Shown here: positions 35,001 to 54,051 of the stretch, piece by piece | Layout: each line of letters starts with the position of its first letter | How positions within the stretch are numbered: position 1 is the stretch's first letter | DNA from: Tubulanus polymorphus | Taxonomy: Eukaryota > Animalia > Nemertea | Reading direction: 5' to 3' | DNA length: 64,000 nt | Assembly (NCBI RefSeq): GCF_964204645.1 | Contig: NC_134035.1 | Coordinates: 2,480,001 to 2,544,000, forward strand | Notes under the pieces: model-generated | Told to the model about the DNA's origin: nothing | Seen by the model: only the letters and a program-made list of their open reading frames with translations | Database searches by the model: none | Program-made: the position numbers and the translations under genes

Positions 35001-37995
35001 CTTCCTAATTGAGTAAAAAAAAATCCTGGCCCCAACAACTGTACCGATTAAGGCATAGTTTACTGTATAAATTATTTCTACCCGGTAATTGCTTATTCCT
35101 CAAAATTGAATTTTGCTCAAATAAAGCATTTTCCAATTAGAAGAGTTGTCGGGAACCCTGTACTTACTTCATCGTTGAGATGTGTATCCGTTAAATGTGT
35201 GAGATCTATAAACGGGTCGTTGACGCTTCGACTGATTTCTTCTTGGATATCTACAAAGAGATATTCATCAAATTCATAAGACTATTAGCATTCTACATAG
35301 CGTTTATAAAACATCCACAATCAAAAAAATATCAAGAATATCTCAACAAATATCAGAGTTGGTAGGATTCAACTACTTTCCTCAATTTCAAGATTTCAAA
35401 GCCGTAAATTTAGTAGCCTACTCATTTATTCATTTATTTAATTACCCTGTTCGTCTGCTTTGGCACATTGAGCGAATAAGTCTTTGTTGTTCAAATTGAT
35501 GCGATCGCGATGGAAATAATGCGACTGAAAGAACTTCGTCCAGAAGTCCGACTCGTTGAGCTTATCGGGCACATATTCGGCGTGTAGCTGTTTGACTGAA
35601 ATGGAAATTTATAACCGATTGAGCTGGTTTAGTTTAGACGACGACGATGTTTCAATCGTGCAGACTGAAATGTACATCCTCCCACGACAAGGATTTGAAA
35701 CCTGATAGAATCGCAATAATTCCACGGCACGAAACCTAGACCGAGTGCCAGGTTCATGTGCAAGTTCGCCAGGTTCAAGTTCGCCTAATCAGATCGCTTG
35801 TTGTATAACCGGGCTCAAATAAAACTAGATTTTTGGCTAATAATGACATCATCTAAGCTGTGCGCTTTGTTCAGCATTCAGGCTAGTGTGGCAGGGTCTC
35901 GAAGCCATCAGGTTCGAATCCCTGCGGCGGGAGGACGGCAAACATAAGGCGTACCTGCTGGATACGTTCTAAAGATGGATTGTATAATATCAGCAGTAAG
36001 ATTGTATCGTAGACCGTTGCAGCCGTCTGCCTGCGGTTTGATTTCTGACTGCGAAAACAAAACAAAATACCCGGTAGTCATTACGAATAATGATAATACA
36101 TTGTAATAAAACAGAACAGCCAACAGATGCCATAATTCGATGATGAAGAAGAAATACCCCTGATGAACAGGCACTTAGATATGCATTATATCAATAATGC
36201 GCTGACTAGACTTATCTTAGGGGCCAATTAGTAAAATCATGGGGGGGGGCTGATTGTCCATTTTCTAAATGCATTGAAATACTCACCAAAAATGCAGCAG
36301 ATACACCAACTGATTGATTGTTTGCTTTCTTGTTTTTCTAAAAACAAAAGATCTAGCAATTATTATTAAGTTAACGTGATTTGATTCGAGTTAGACAGTT
36401 TATAATTCATAAAGGCCTATAGGGTCAAGAAACATCTGAGTTAAACCCTTTCAGTACTTGTGCGGTATATGTTCCGTTTACCCTGCAGGCTGCGGTGTAC
36501 ACTATGTCAACTATCCACTGGTTAACTCTAACTAACTATTGAGTAACCAGCCCCAGTAGAATAATAATAATCAGGACAGATTCTTACTTTTGTTCTTTCG
36601 GCCCAGAATTCTTCAGCCGTTATAACGCCGCTGACGACTAAGTCTTTGTACAACTGAAACAACTCCGGATCTTCTTGTAACATTCTGCGCGGAAAGAAAT
36701 TATTTTCATTAAATAACCGATTATATGACATGCTTTTCGTTTATTTCAATTAGTAGCGGTATCGGTGTCCTAGCACAAGAACTTCCCCTGGAAACTTTTT
36801 TCAATTTATATTCTCAATGCAATTTTCGAGCTTTTCTGGTAGCAAAATAATATTTTGATCATTATCTCCCTAGTTTAATTCGTCCTAAGATTCAATAGAA
36901 AACATCGACATTTTAAAGTACTTTGCCTGAAAATCGAGCACATTCATATACTTATTTTTCCTAAAAGTAAGCACTTTTCAGATTTTTCCAGACTCCCTAC
37001 AAAACCCTTGAAAAAGTAAAACCCCTTGAAAATCCCTTGGAATTACCGATTTTTCTCTTCCAGTTCGCTGTTCACTTTACGCCTGAAGTTCGGCAACAAT
37101 TTCTGCAGTAACTCTTTGACGGCGTCGCGATCTTTGATCTGCGCCGCTCGGCCGGCCGGATTATTAAACTGGAACGTGTTCGCGCCGTTGTCGTGCAAAA
37201 TGATTTGCAGTTGAACTTTTTCCTTCGAGTCGGGCGAAATCTTTTGTACTGCGAACAAAATAATGGAAACATTGAACGGAATGAGCTGCTGTAGGTAATA
37301 AATTTGCATTAAGGAAAAAAAAACAGGTTTTTTTTCGATTTCAATAAAGTTGGCATTTCCAATATAGAGAATCCCAAAATGAGAAGAGTGTTTCATTAAA
37401 TGTTTGAGTGCATCTACACCACAGTGCAGCGTATCAAATTGGTGATGGACTTTGGTAATACACTGTATTGCAATTTATCGATGTAATTAGTTTTTATCTC
37501 TGGCACCTGTCAAACATAGGGAAATATCAATAACTTATGATACACCACACCGCAGTATAAATGCCCTAAACCGGTAAGCAGTAATTCAACACACTGGGGT
37601 GGAATCTTTTAAGATTTTCAAATTATCTCCAGCACTTTCAGGAATCAATTAGCTGACAGTGAAAGGGTTAATCGTTATAACTAGCATTTTTGTATTCACT
37701 GAAGTTAGTCTGATCTACATAAAACATCCAATCCATCCATCAACAAATTTTTTTAATCTAAATATCTATATTTTCAAAAATTCTATGGTGAAAACCTCTA
37801 TTCTAATGGTTTGTGCGAATAGATCGGTCCTCGTCTCGAATTACCTTTGATGTCGGCATAATTATGAGAAACTCTGAATGTGTTCAGGTGTCCAGGCATC
37901 CAAGCCAATCGTTCACTCATCAAATACAAAGATCCTTCCACTTTCTTCTGCTTGACATTCTTCGTAATAGAGAGGACATCTTCCGATATCGACAT
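32054..37995 (-). CDS. GTF2H1: General transcription factor IIH subunit 1 (TFIIH p62), 545 aa, 13 coding exons
   Basis: Exons 37995-37845, 37248-37047, 36684-36588, 36337-36287, 36048-35955, 35595-35446, 35250-35168, 34719-34507, 34252-34046, 33442-33352, 33034-32919, 32710-32618, 32143-32054 (1638 nt, phases consistent). Diagnostic p62 motifs: [14 protein letters not shown] (PH-like), [20 protein letters not shown] and [15 protein letters not shown] (BSD), [11 protein letters not shown]. Confidence 0.97.
33569..33945. mobile_element. Intronic composite repeat (AGGGTTCC...GGGACCCTG family with a nested CAGTAGACTC element); copies at ~34794-35162 and, inverted, ~50000-50380
   Basis: Shared GATCAGTCATTCCTGGATATAAGGAGTTTTCAAGGAG and AATTACAGTAGACTCATCCT blocks. 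Confidence 0.7.
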
Positions 37996-39324
37996 TTCTG
38001 AAAATCTGAAGAGTTCACCGAGTTGCTTATAATGAACGGAATATAACACGATGACCAGTGTTGTAAGGTGTTGGTCAGTGGATAGTTACGAATGTAAACA
38101 GTACAGAGGCACAAATCCAGGAATGAAAGTGGGGAGGGGGTTCCTGTTGTTTCTGTAGGCCTATTGTACGACACGTCGCTGCATGCAAATGGATAGATGA
38201 TTATATTTAGACGTTAGGTGCATTGGTTCCAAAATAATGTGTGGAATATGCGAATGGGTTCTTGGAACTGAACGAAGGTCTCTGGGGGCCAGTTACTCAG
38301 ACTGGTCTCTGTTGTAATTGCTTAAAGTGAAATACGCTTCAATCATCCCCCCCCCATACTGCCTTCTTCCATCAGTCAGTGCCATAAACATTTAAGTAAA
38401 GAATTAAGTCCTATATCTATATCAGCTTTAACTTTCTATGAATTGAATCAAAATGGAATTTGTATTCTGTGGTAGAAGCAGCTGAGACTGGGTTTCTTCT
38501 TCAGATGACAAGCAAGCAAGCAAGCAGTGATGATGCGGTCGAGAAGAGGAGAGTGAGAGATGTTATTCTTGGTCCTCTCTAATCAGGATGAATCATTATT
38601 TCTGTCTACTCACTAATTACTGTTGACAGCATAAACTACTTGATGTTCAATGTTTTTATGGACGATAGGATGCTAAAATCCAAAATTATTCGGCTGCAAA
38701 GCAAAGTAAGCGGCGAATCTGGAAATTTTACTTCCTACTTCCTGGTACTCCACACATCGAATTGTCATCGCGCGCTACGGATACGCTAAATAACGGTCTG
38801 TGGACTGAACAATTAAACTGACGGACCAAAGATCCTGTTGGTGATCTATTTTTTAATCCAGTCAGAATGCGTAAAAGATCCCTGGAAAAACCGGCCCTTT
38901 ATAGATAGACAATTGACTCTAAAGCATAGTAAATCTAAGTGACCATGGAAAGCAGATGTATGTCAGCTCATATTGAGAAAAACATTAAGAATCATTCATT
39001 AAAGCATCCATACAATTTTGAGATGTGTCCAAATTCCTCGAGTAACCTAGTTACCTAATCTTTGGTGATAAGCTGTCATAATTTGATGGGCCTATACCAA
39101 TTTAACCAATACGTTTGTAAGAATATTCAAGTCGCGACACTAAACCTTTGACGTGTAACTGATTACAATAAACCAGAGCAAAAACGCAGTTCTCCGACAA
39201 AATTCCATGATTAGAAAGTAAAAACAATTCTAAATTTTTCTAAATGCATTTATTTCCGTGGATGTCCACTATAAAAATTCACATATTTACAATCAATCTT
39301 ATACAGCTTTTCGCTGACGGAGTT

Positions 39325-40059
<735 letters not shown>

Positions 40060-41411
40060 TCAAGATCATAATTAAATATCATTCCATTTAAAACAACTCA
40101 AGCTTCCGTTTACTATGATTTTGAATGAGTGGTGGCATTGTGCATTATATTTTAAGGGTACTCGGCGGTAATTAGTGAGTGCGACGATACATATCAGCTC
40201 AGTCGCTGAACAGTCGTAAACTATCGTTTTAATGTCGCGTCAAATTGATAAATCTATATCAATAAACTAAATGTCCTGATCCTCAACATCTACATTCACC
40301 CATTTATTCCTCACCTTAGAGTTCAGAAATTGAATGCAGTCGTTGTTTTATTTCGTCGCTGTAAAATATCGTTGGAAATTTGGTTGATGTTGAGTTTCGG
40401 TCGTTTCCACCAGATCCAGATGTCGCGCGAGCCAGAGTAATTACAGCAAATTCAAATTAACTATATTGGTCCTTTCGGTGAAAAGAATTACATTATCGAC
40501 AATTCTAATAAAGTGAACATAAGAAGCGAGAGAAAAATAGACAACCAGCCTCCACCTAATAAGTTTACTGTCCTCCATCGAAGCTGGGAATTAATGCAAC
40601 TTCGATTTTCTTAACCATCTTCAATGGCATTTCACCAACAGAAAAGGCCAGGGGCATTGGAACTAAAGGTTTCTAAAATTTGTTAATGGTTAAAATAACT
40701 ACCTCAGCAAGCTTCTTCAAATCGGCCCGTGTTACTTGGAAAAAAATACAGATTTATTGATAAGTCACTAACCATATGAAATAAACAGAGAATGGGCTAG
40801 AGGTAAAATTACTAGCATTTAAACTAGCATTTATTCTCAGAAGAAATAAATAACACCAGCATGTTATAAAACAATAGGTTATACAGTTAACTTGACCCCT
40901 CCCTGAATAGACGGGACATTTGGTCCGAAACACAGATCAGAAATACACTAAATGGAGAATTATTTCATTTCATTCGAAGTAAGTCCGTGATGGCCAGGTA
41001 TTAGTTGTAGTTTGTACACATTCTTTCATTCAGTGTTATAATGTACAGATAGGCCTTACTCAGTAGCATTGTAAAACAATATTTCAATTCTTTTGTAAAT
41101 GCATTTATTCCTGTGGAAATAAAATCACACATATCAACATTTAGATACAAACAGAAATCTACGATCAATTAACTTTTTTCATGAACTTCTTTTTTCAAGT
41201 GTTATTTCTCAAAGTTATACACAGTTAACCCCTCTCCAAGCTAAGGAACTGGAACATTTGGTGTGAATCACAGATCGGAAAATACATTAAATAGTAAATT
41301 ATTTAATTTCAGTCCAAGTGAGCCCAAAGTCTACGACGGTCATTTATAAGTTAGATGAGGTTTACTGTACCGGGTACATTTAGTCAGCCGTATAATGTAC
41401 AATAAGACAGT

Positions 41412-41758
41412 ATCTTCACTTGCCAGGGTTTGATTGCCTCCTTCCTAACTAGTACAGACCCTTCATTGGTCTAACTAGTACAGACCCTTCATTGGTCTAA
41501 CTAGTACAGACCCTTCATTGGTCTATTACACTGCCCAAGATTTATTGGACAGACAGGTTGCCACTCAGTGGTCACCGGTCTATAGATCTAGCCAATCAGA
41601 AGCATTGTATCAATAGAGTGAAAAACAACTCATCTGATTGGCTCAATACATAGACTGCACACCAAAGACATCTTGGACAGTGTAATAGACCAATGAAGGG
41701 GTCTGCCAGGGTTCTTGTGGGCATGAGCTTCGGCAACCAAACCCTGGCAAGCGAGGAT
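41412..41758. mobile_element. MITE with nested inverted repeats and a 26-bp x3 internal tandem, downstream of the PINX1 stop
   Basis: Outer TIR ATCTTCACTTGCCAGGGTTTG / CAAACCCTGGCAAGCGAGGAT; inner IR CAGACCCTTCATTGGTCTATTACACTG / CAGTGTAATAGACCAATGAAGGGGTCTG; (CTAACTAGTACAGACCCTTCATTGGT)x3. Confidence 0.82.
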
Positions 41759-41873
41759 GAATATAGTATACAGCTATTTACTCATGAGTAGCATTATGAA
41801 ACCATAACTACAACAACTTAACACGAGTTCAACTGTAACAACTCGATGTTCCATTACACTATTATCACTATCA

Positions 41874-44510
41874 TCATAAATACGGCAATTTACACAAAGT
41901 TGAAGAGTAGGCGTCACCACCGTATCCGGTAACCAGGTTCGACAAGTCGATTCCGCGAAAACTATTTTTCTCCACGTCGTTTACTTTGACGCTTTTCGGC
42001 ATACGTTTCGACTGAAACAACACGTCTTTCTTTAAATGCACCGGTGGCGCCACTGCGGATGCTATTTCTGAACTGTTTGTTGTCGTACGCGCATCGCTTT
42101 CCGATTTCGAGTCATCGTCGCTTCTGTTTTTTCGTGACTTTTTAGATTTTTTCGCCTTTTTGCTAGAAACGTCCGCGGAAACGCTTTCCAAAGACGAATT
42201 CGAAACGGAATCATTATGTGTCATCGCATTATTTTCCGTTGTTTTGCGTTTAGACTTTTTAGATTTTTTCATCTTTTTGCTAGAAACGTCCGAGGAATTC
42301 GAAACGGAAACGTTACTCGTCACTGCGTCGCTTTCCACGTCTTTACGTTTCGACTTTTTCGATTTTTTTGCCTCGCTCGAAGTTTCATCCGCGACGGGAG
42401 CGGGCTCGTCAACTTTTGCCGAAGTTTTCTCCAGATCAACAGAGGTAGTTTCGTTGTCCCGAGATTTTTTCTTTTTTTTCGACTTTTTCACTTTTACCGT
42501 AACATCAACGCTCTGCACATCGTCATCATCCCGAGATCCGTCTTCTATTTTTGTGGCAGCTTCCAACTTTTCATCATCATCATCATTATCACCATTCGAT
42601 TTACTTTTCTTTTTCTTCTTCTTAGACTTCTTCTCGTCCGGAGACAAATCTTCTTCCTTATCTGCCGACTTTTTCTTCTTTTTATGCTTTTTCGATTTAG
42701 AAGAATCTTCATCAACATCAGCGACAGTTTCGCTAGACGGCGGTTCATCGGGCGTTTTCATTTTCTTGTCCTTCTTTTCCTTTTTACGTTTTTTCTTCGA
42801 TTTCACTGAATCCGCGTCTTCACTTTCATCCCGAGATTCCCTTTTACGTTTCTTCGATATTTCCGGCGTTTCGACCTCGCCATTTATCCCGTTATCGTCG
42901 GCGCCGATATTCACGTTCGATTGCGACGTGCAATCACTATCGACGACGTCATTCTTCTTATCGCGTAATTTTTTCAAAGCGGCCATCTTCATCGCGAAAT
43001 ATTCCTGCACGCTGTGAGCGCTGACCGTCGTGTTACTACCGTTTTCAACCGACGGCTTTTTTGGCTCGATGTCTTCTGGTTTTTCGGTTTCCTGGAATTG
43101 GATCAAACGAAACGATCGTTGACTATCATTCAGAGAGGGAGAGGGGAAGGGATAATTATCAAGAATTCCCGTACCTCGAGTTGTTGAGAAGCGCGCTTTC
43201 GTTTTCCGAGGATGCAGTTGAGATCTTGACCCTTGTACGCCGACAGATCTTTTCCTCTGGTGAACTTGTGATAGCTGAATGAAAATATATAGGACTCGGT
43301 AACAACACTTCATTCAGTTTTTCGCGCAGATCCTTCAATGATTGCAATACTAACAAAAATCACGAAAATCGAAGGCTCCTCGAATAATCAATTGGAAAAT
43401 CCAGATTTTTCTTCTTTATAATTATCGTGGATTTCATTTTAAAATCATGGGTTTCCTTTACTACTTTTCTGGTCGGATCTAAATATGTTTGAAACTGTAT
43501 CGGGTACTTACTGCACTCTGCCTTTCGATGTTTTCGATTTCTCCTCGAGACTGGCGACCGCAGACTCCTCGTTATTATTCGGCGTGTTCGATCCGCTGCC
43601 AGAATGGTTGTCTTGTAACGACGACAGCAAAGAGTTGAAATCATCTTGATGTGCGATCCAGTTATCAGCGTGTTTAGCCGTACATCCGACCCCTAGAGCG
43701 GAGAGTGCATTGAAAACATGAATTTAATCTCATAATATTTTGATCTAATTATATCTACCCTTTATTTGCATTTTTTCCCACCTTCCCTGAAATGAGTTTA
43801 TTCGAAAATTACCCACAAGAGTTTTGTCGCGAAATTGTTTTTTGTATCATTAAGACTTTTCTAGACATTTGTTATTTTTGACCAGAATTCTCCAACCAAA
43901 AATCTCAGAAGACTTCTACAGACCTGTAGGTTTAAGGAATTGCCTCTCTGGAAGGTAGTTTAGTATCTTACCGAAATTGTTGTCTTTTTTTCTCAATAGA
44001 ACTGGTTCCGATATGCCGGTTAATTCACGTCCTAAACCTTTTCCTTTTTCCCAACCCATTTTCTCAAGTAACCGATGCCCGAGTTTGGATTCATCTGAAA
44101 AGATAATACTATTCATTTAAAACAGTGCAACCAATAATACAAGCCATAGGCAACAACAGTTTTCGGGCGCAGGCTCGAAATCCGAAATTACCACAAACAT
44201 TATTTAACTTGTCGAAATGCTATGCTTAAAATATGCTCATGTTTGAAACAGAGAAAAAAAGGCCTTAAAGATCTCGCACTCTCAGTCTCAACGCAATTTG
44301 GACAGAGTATTCCTTAAAATCCTTTTCACTTCAGCGTTATCATAATTTTATGTCCGAGTTAAGTCCAGGAAAGAAATGACAACGGTTCGAAATGAAGGAA
44401 TGACCAATATTCGACGAATCTGACGAGTAAATCTTACCGTTTGTCCAGTCTAACCCGTTAGGATTGACCGAATACTTCTTCTGCTTCTTTATCCCAGCTA
44501 ACATCGCCAT
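41874..44510 (-). CDS. PINX1: PIN2/TERF1-interacting telomerase inhibitor 1 (G-patch protein), 564 aa, 5 exons
   Basis: Exons 44510-44438, 44094-43972, 43692-43512, 43274-43175, 43091-41874. MAMLAGIKKQKKYSVNPNGLDWTNDESKLGHRLLEKMGWEKGKGLG (G-patch), NWIAHQDDFNSLL, RVHYHKFTRGKDLS, SVQEYFAMKMA and a long Lys-rich tail. Confidence 0.95.
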
Positions 44511-44577
44511 GCTGCCAACTAATACAATTCAATCGAAAGCTTTATTTACAAGGAAAGAATTCATTTTAATTCGTCTC

Positions 44578-45000
44578 CGGCATGTGAGTTATCACTACGC
44601 CGCCACTCTACCGATAGGATGCAATCGCTGAGCAAAGAGTTTAGAGGGGGCCTTTCTATTCTATTCTGGGGGCTGTCACTCCGCAAGTATCGTCCTGTGG
44701 TTGGCCCGGGGTCCCGGGTGGGCAAATTGGAGGTCGGCCGGCCACTCTCACTCGTCGGACGATGAGGTTTTTTGCCTTTGCAGAAATAAGTGTTATGGAT
44801 GAATTTCGGATTTTTCAACCCCGAGGATACTGGCCTTTAGGCAGCGTCAATTTGAGCGGGTTTCCCGAAACCTGTGCCGAACCCCCGGCCGCCGTGAGCC
44901 GATATCCCATAGGGTATCGTATGGTGCTGCCACCAATCACGCGAAAATGCACGCTGAGTAGCTGACGCTGGCAGTCGAGGTGCGAGAAAGTTTCTAACAA
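44578..45000 (+). ncRNA. Candidate structured RNA of unknown class between PINX1 and PLK1
   Basis: GC-rich island with several hairpins and long-range complementarities; G-U wobbles favour the + strand. No family signature recognised. Boundaries approximate. Confidence 0.35.
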
Positions 45001-45006
45001 CGTTTT

Positions 45007-45119
45007 TGGCCAGTAGATGGCGACACGTTAATGGCGTTCGACCAATCGACGCACGGAACACATACGACGACGACCAATAGAAATCGAGATAACATATCGC
45101 AGCGGGCTGGAAATTTGAA
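45007..45119 (+). promoter_or_regulatory. PLK1 promoter: CTCF-like site, two CCAAT boxes 32 bp apart and a CHR element
   Basis: TGGCCAGTAGATGGCGAC at 45007-45024; CCAAT at 45042 and 45074; TTTGAA at 45114-45119, preceded by GCGGG, about 110 bp upstream of the ATG. Confidence 0.7.
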
Positions 45120-45225
45120 TCGCGTAAAGTACGGAAAAACTGACTTACCCAACTCGATCTAATCGCTTATCTCTCGGATTTTCGACAATTTTTATTCGAT
45201 CGGATCACTGAATCTATTTGCGGGG

Positions 45226-50716
<5,491 letters not shown>

Positions 50717-52699
50717 GACGACGCTCGCTAAATCGCGTTTAAAGACAATGAAGAAATAAAGCGGTAAATTACCGGTGAATTCACTTGAAATCGACGGCCA
50801 GTCTCGACTCGACGAATGACGCTAATTTAAACTGTGATGCTATGATCGTTCGCGGGTCGTCTGCTGCCAGTAAATAGCCTACTATTGTCGTGAATTCACT
50901 AGACTTTGTAAAGAAAATAGCTGGCTCCCTTCAGGTCGGGTGCCTGCAGATGGAGCGGACACATGGGATATTCAGTACTCTAGCGAATGATGTGATTATT
51001 TGAATGGTTTTCTATGATTGTTGGAATGTATGATGAAAGTTGTTGTCGTTTTCTGGTTGGTATTCGTTATTTGTCGATTCCTCTTCATAGAGAGTATATA
51101 CGCCTCTTGCTCCACGGTACAGGCTCGACGGGAACTACTACTTCAGAGTAGTTTTCTAGAGCTCTGAAGTACCAAAAATAACAATAATTTTGAATTCAAC
51201 TATTACATGATGCTTGATAAAACTACTACAATTACAACAATTTAAGTGAAACGTGTTACAACGCTCGGCTCTGAGGTTCTAGACTAGTAAATCTGTTCAT
51301 TTTAAGTTTGTTGTATTCAGTATGAACTTATGTGAATTATCTTATTTCGAGAAAAGTTGGTTCTATCCAAGTTTGTTATAACAAGGTTTTACCGAGGAGA
51401 TAGCAGGTAGTCTGGTCCGATGAGAGGGCGAATTTGGCTTTGTCACTCCACTATGTGTACACAATGCTTATAATGAGTTTCGGGTAAGACTCCCGGGTTG
51501 AACATCGATAAACCTGAGCGTATGTACTTAATGAATGTTATCACTCATCTGATAGACGTTCATCTCCGAGGCGGAGGCAAAATTAGGGTCGTCGATATTT
51601 TAGTTTATTTAATGTGTGCGTTATTTTAGGGCTCCCAATACATTAAGAGGAGAGTCTCGAAAAATTGACAGCACCCTATAATAGGACTTGATACTGCATG
51701 CATGAAGCATAGGGATAAGCTTAATTCTGTGTGCTTGAATTCATGAATGGCCCCTTAGAGTAATTGTCTGAAGGTCCCTTACGTTAACTTATATAATACA
51801 GGGCATCCTGACATTCCTGTTTCTCTATAACCAACTTGTATTTATCTAATTAACAAACGCTGATTTTAATTAAGGGTCGATGTCTAAATTCTGGAATTGT
51901 ATCCCGTGCCTGACTGGCAGACTGATAAAATGAACAGGACCGTCTGTGAATATAAGAGCTCGTATGTTCATTCCATGTACATTTATTTAACTCGCATTTA
52001 AAAAAAAACCAAGAAAACCTCTCGAGTTTTTTATCGAATATGAAGTAAAAAACTAGCATTTATATAAATGCGAAAATATGACGATAGCCGAGGAAAGCAG
52101 GGCTATGTTTCATGATTGTACAGCACTTATTCGCATTTAAACATTTCTATATTTTAATATCTCGTGTTGCAGAAATAGTGTAAAAACTTTAAATCGTTTG
52201 AATCTATGTGACGAACGAAACGAAAATAGAAAATCATGTAGATTTCCATCGGTGAAATAATAAAGAATATTAGTCAATCATTCCTTTAAAACAGTCTTGT
52301 CTTTTTTTTGTTGTTTCAGTGAAGTCAACCCTCGATTGTAAGCCACCTTTCTACCCGAACATTGTATTCTTGATTTAAAACAGTTCATTCATTCTTGAGG
52401 AAAATCTTGTCTTGCTACCTACCAGCCTTGATCTACCTCTGAGGGTGCTGATTTGTTAACAAGATACTGGTGGTGCGAACTGATTTGGATAATTGAGAGT
52501 TGGTGCTCAAGAATCCGGCCTCCTTTCTTAATCTTAGTGAGCTAAAGCCTACAATTTGCGCCTTTCAGTCAAAATGAACAATTCTCGCGTATCAATAGTG
52601 AAGTCAAATACTTGTAGATCAATTATATCTTATTATATGGACTGAATTCAAGGAATAAAGGAAAATATTTATTGATCATATCATGGTCTAAAGATGTCT

Positions 52700-53150
52700 A
52701 GGAATAAAATTTAATTTGCTGATGAATCTTCCTGTGGCATGTGAGTCATTGCTCCGCTGCCGCTTTACCGCAAGCTTATTTCAATCGCGGAGCAAATAGC
52801 TCTTTTAACAGTGGCTTGAAACTTTAATTCAAATGCTTATATTTCCCAAATAAAAGTCTTATGACAATAAATTGTATATTTGAAATACACTGGCATTGAA
52901 TGATACATCAAATTCGACTAAAAAAAATACTTTAATTCCTCGCATGCCACAGTATAATAGCGAGCTGTCATAAATCTAAACCGTTCAGTGCTGCCCCAAT
53001 GAATAACGATAGCGGGATTTTTGTGAACTAAAATAAGCGCGTATTTTAGGCGCCGGATTATAAATTATCTTATAACGTACAATATACCGACCACTTTAGC
53101 GCCAAATTCTGATAAACAGTGTCATACTACGAACCTATCATTAATTCTAA
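52700..53150. repeat. Dispersed diverged copy of the 18150-18600 / 22115-22570 repeat
   Basis: Shared CTCGCATGCCACAGTAT and CAGTGCTGCC.C.ATGAAT.ACGATAGCGG.ATTTTTGTGAACTAAAATA. Confidence 0.8.
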
Positions 53151-54051
53151 AAGATATTTCTGATGTTTTAAGATAGTTCAAAGATGGTTTATCAGCGAAA
53201 AGTTTTGAAAATACACGTCTGTGAGGGGCCCATCTTGGGGTGCATTTGTCAACTGTGTGATTGAGAAGAAATGCTTGAATTGCAGCCTAATACGTTTTCA
53301 TATAGAAATATGAAAGGCATCAGGTGGATTTCATACCCGTCATGACAAATTTTCATGCCTGCTGTGTCAGGCGAACAGGTGACAGACACAGAAATGTTTC
53401 AGCTTGCGTTCCAGCCTGAGCGCCGAGAAAACTCAATACTATACGAGACAAGTACATGTACGTGACTTCATGACTACATAACGGTACACACTTTCACTGT
53501 ACATACATATTTGATTTGTACCGATTATGTGGTACTGTCCACCCGTTCCTTCAAGAAAACGATTTCGAATGCCTTTGGTAGCTGAGCAGGGGGTCACGGC
53601 TTGAACGGTTTTTTCGTGACATTAAGCTGATACGAATACAATCAAGTATCACGGTAGAAATACGTTTAGAAGTAGATGGAACTGAGTGATTAAGTATCTG
53701 TCTATGGTATCTCAACAAATCTCCCCGATTTTTAGCTATTTACGAAAATTCCCTGATTTTTAGCTTTTTAATATATAACCTGACTATTGACTTTTTAAAG
53801 AAAAGAAGAAAATGCCTTGACTATTCCGACCTGATTTTTAGATATGCAAAAATGTATATGTTATCTTTACCCGTATATGCAAAAAATACTCAATGGTTAG
53901 TCCGATATTCGCCCGCTGATGCGCCACAGATTTCCCAGATGGCTCTATACACGAGGCAGTGCAGAATGCAGAATGCAACGGGACTGAATACATGTGCAAA
54001 TAGTGTCTATAGGATAGGAAAAACTAATTTTAGAGGACTCAAATTGCCAAC

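Noticed and set aside
42160-43017. 285-aa and 197-aa + strand Phe/Leu/Ser-rich ORFs
   Set aside because: Antisense shadows of the Lys/Asp/Glu-rich PINX1 last exon.
43092-43313. N-terminal part of the 479-aa ORF as protein
   Set aside because: It runs through an intron and out of frame across PINX1 exon 4; the true last exon starts at 43091.
44578-45000. Telomerase RNA, RNase P/MRP or 7SK assignment
   Set aside because: No CUAACCCU template on either strand, despite a minus-strand ...CUCACAUGC resembling the vertebrate TR 3' end. No correctly ordered CR-I/CR-V pair. No GAUC motifs, and an internal T6 argues against 7SK. Left as unknown.
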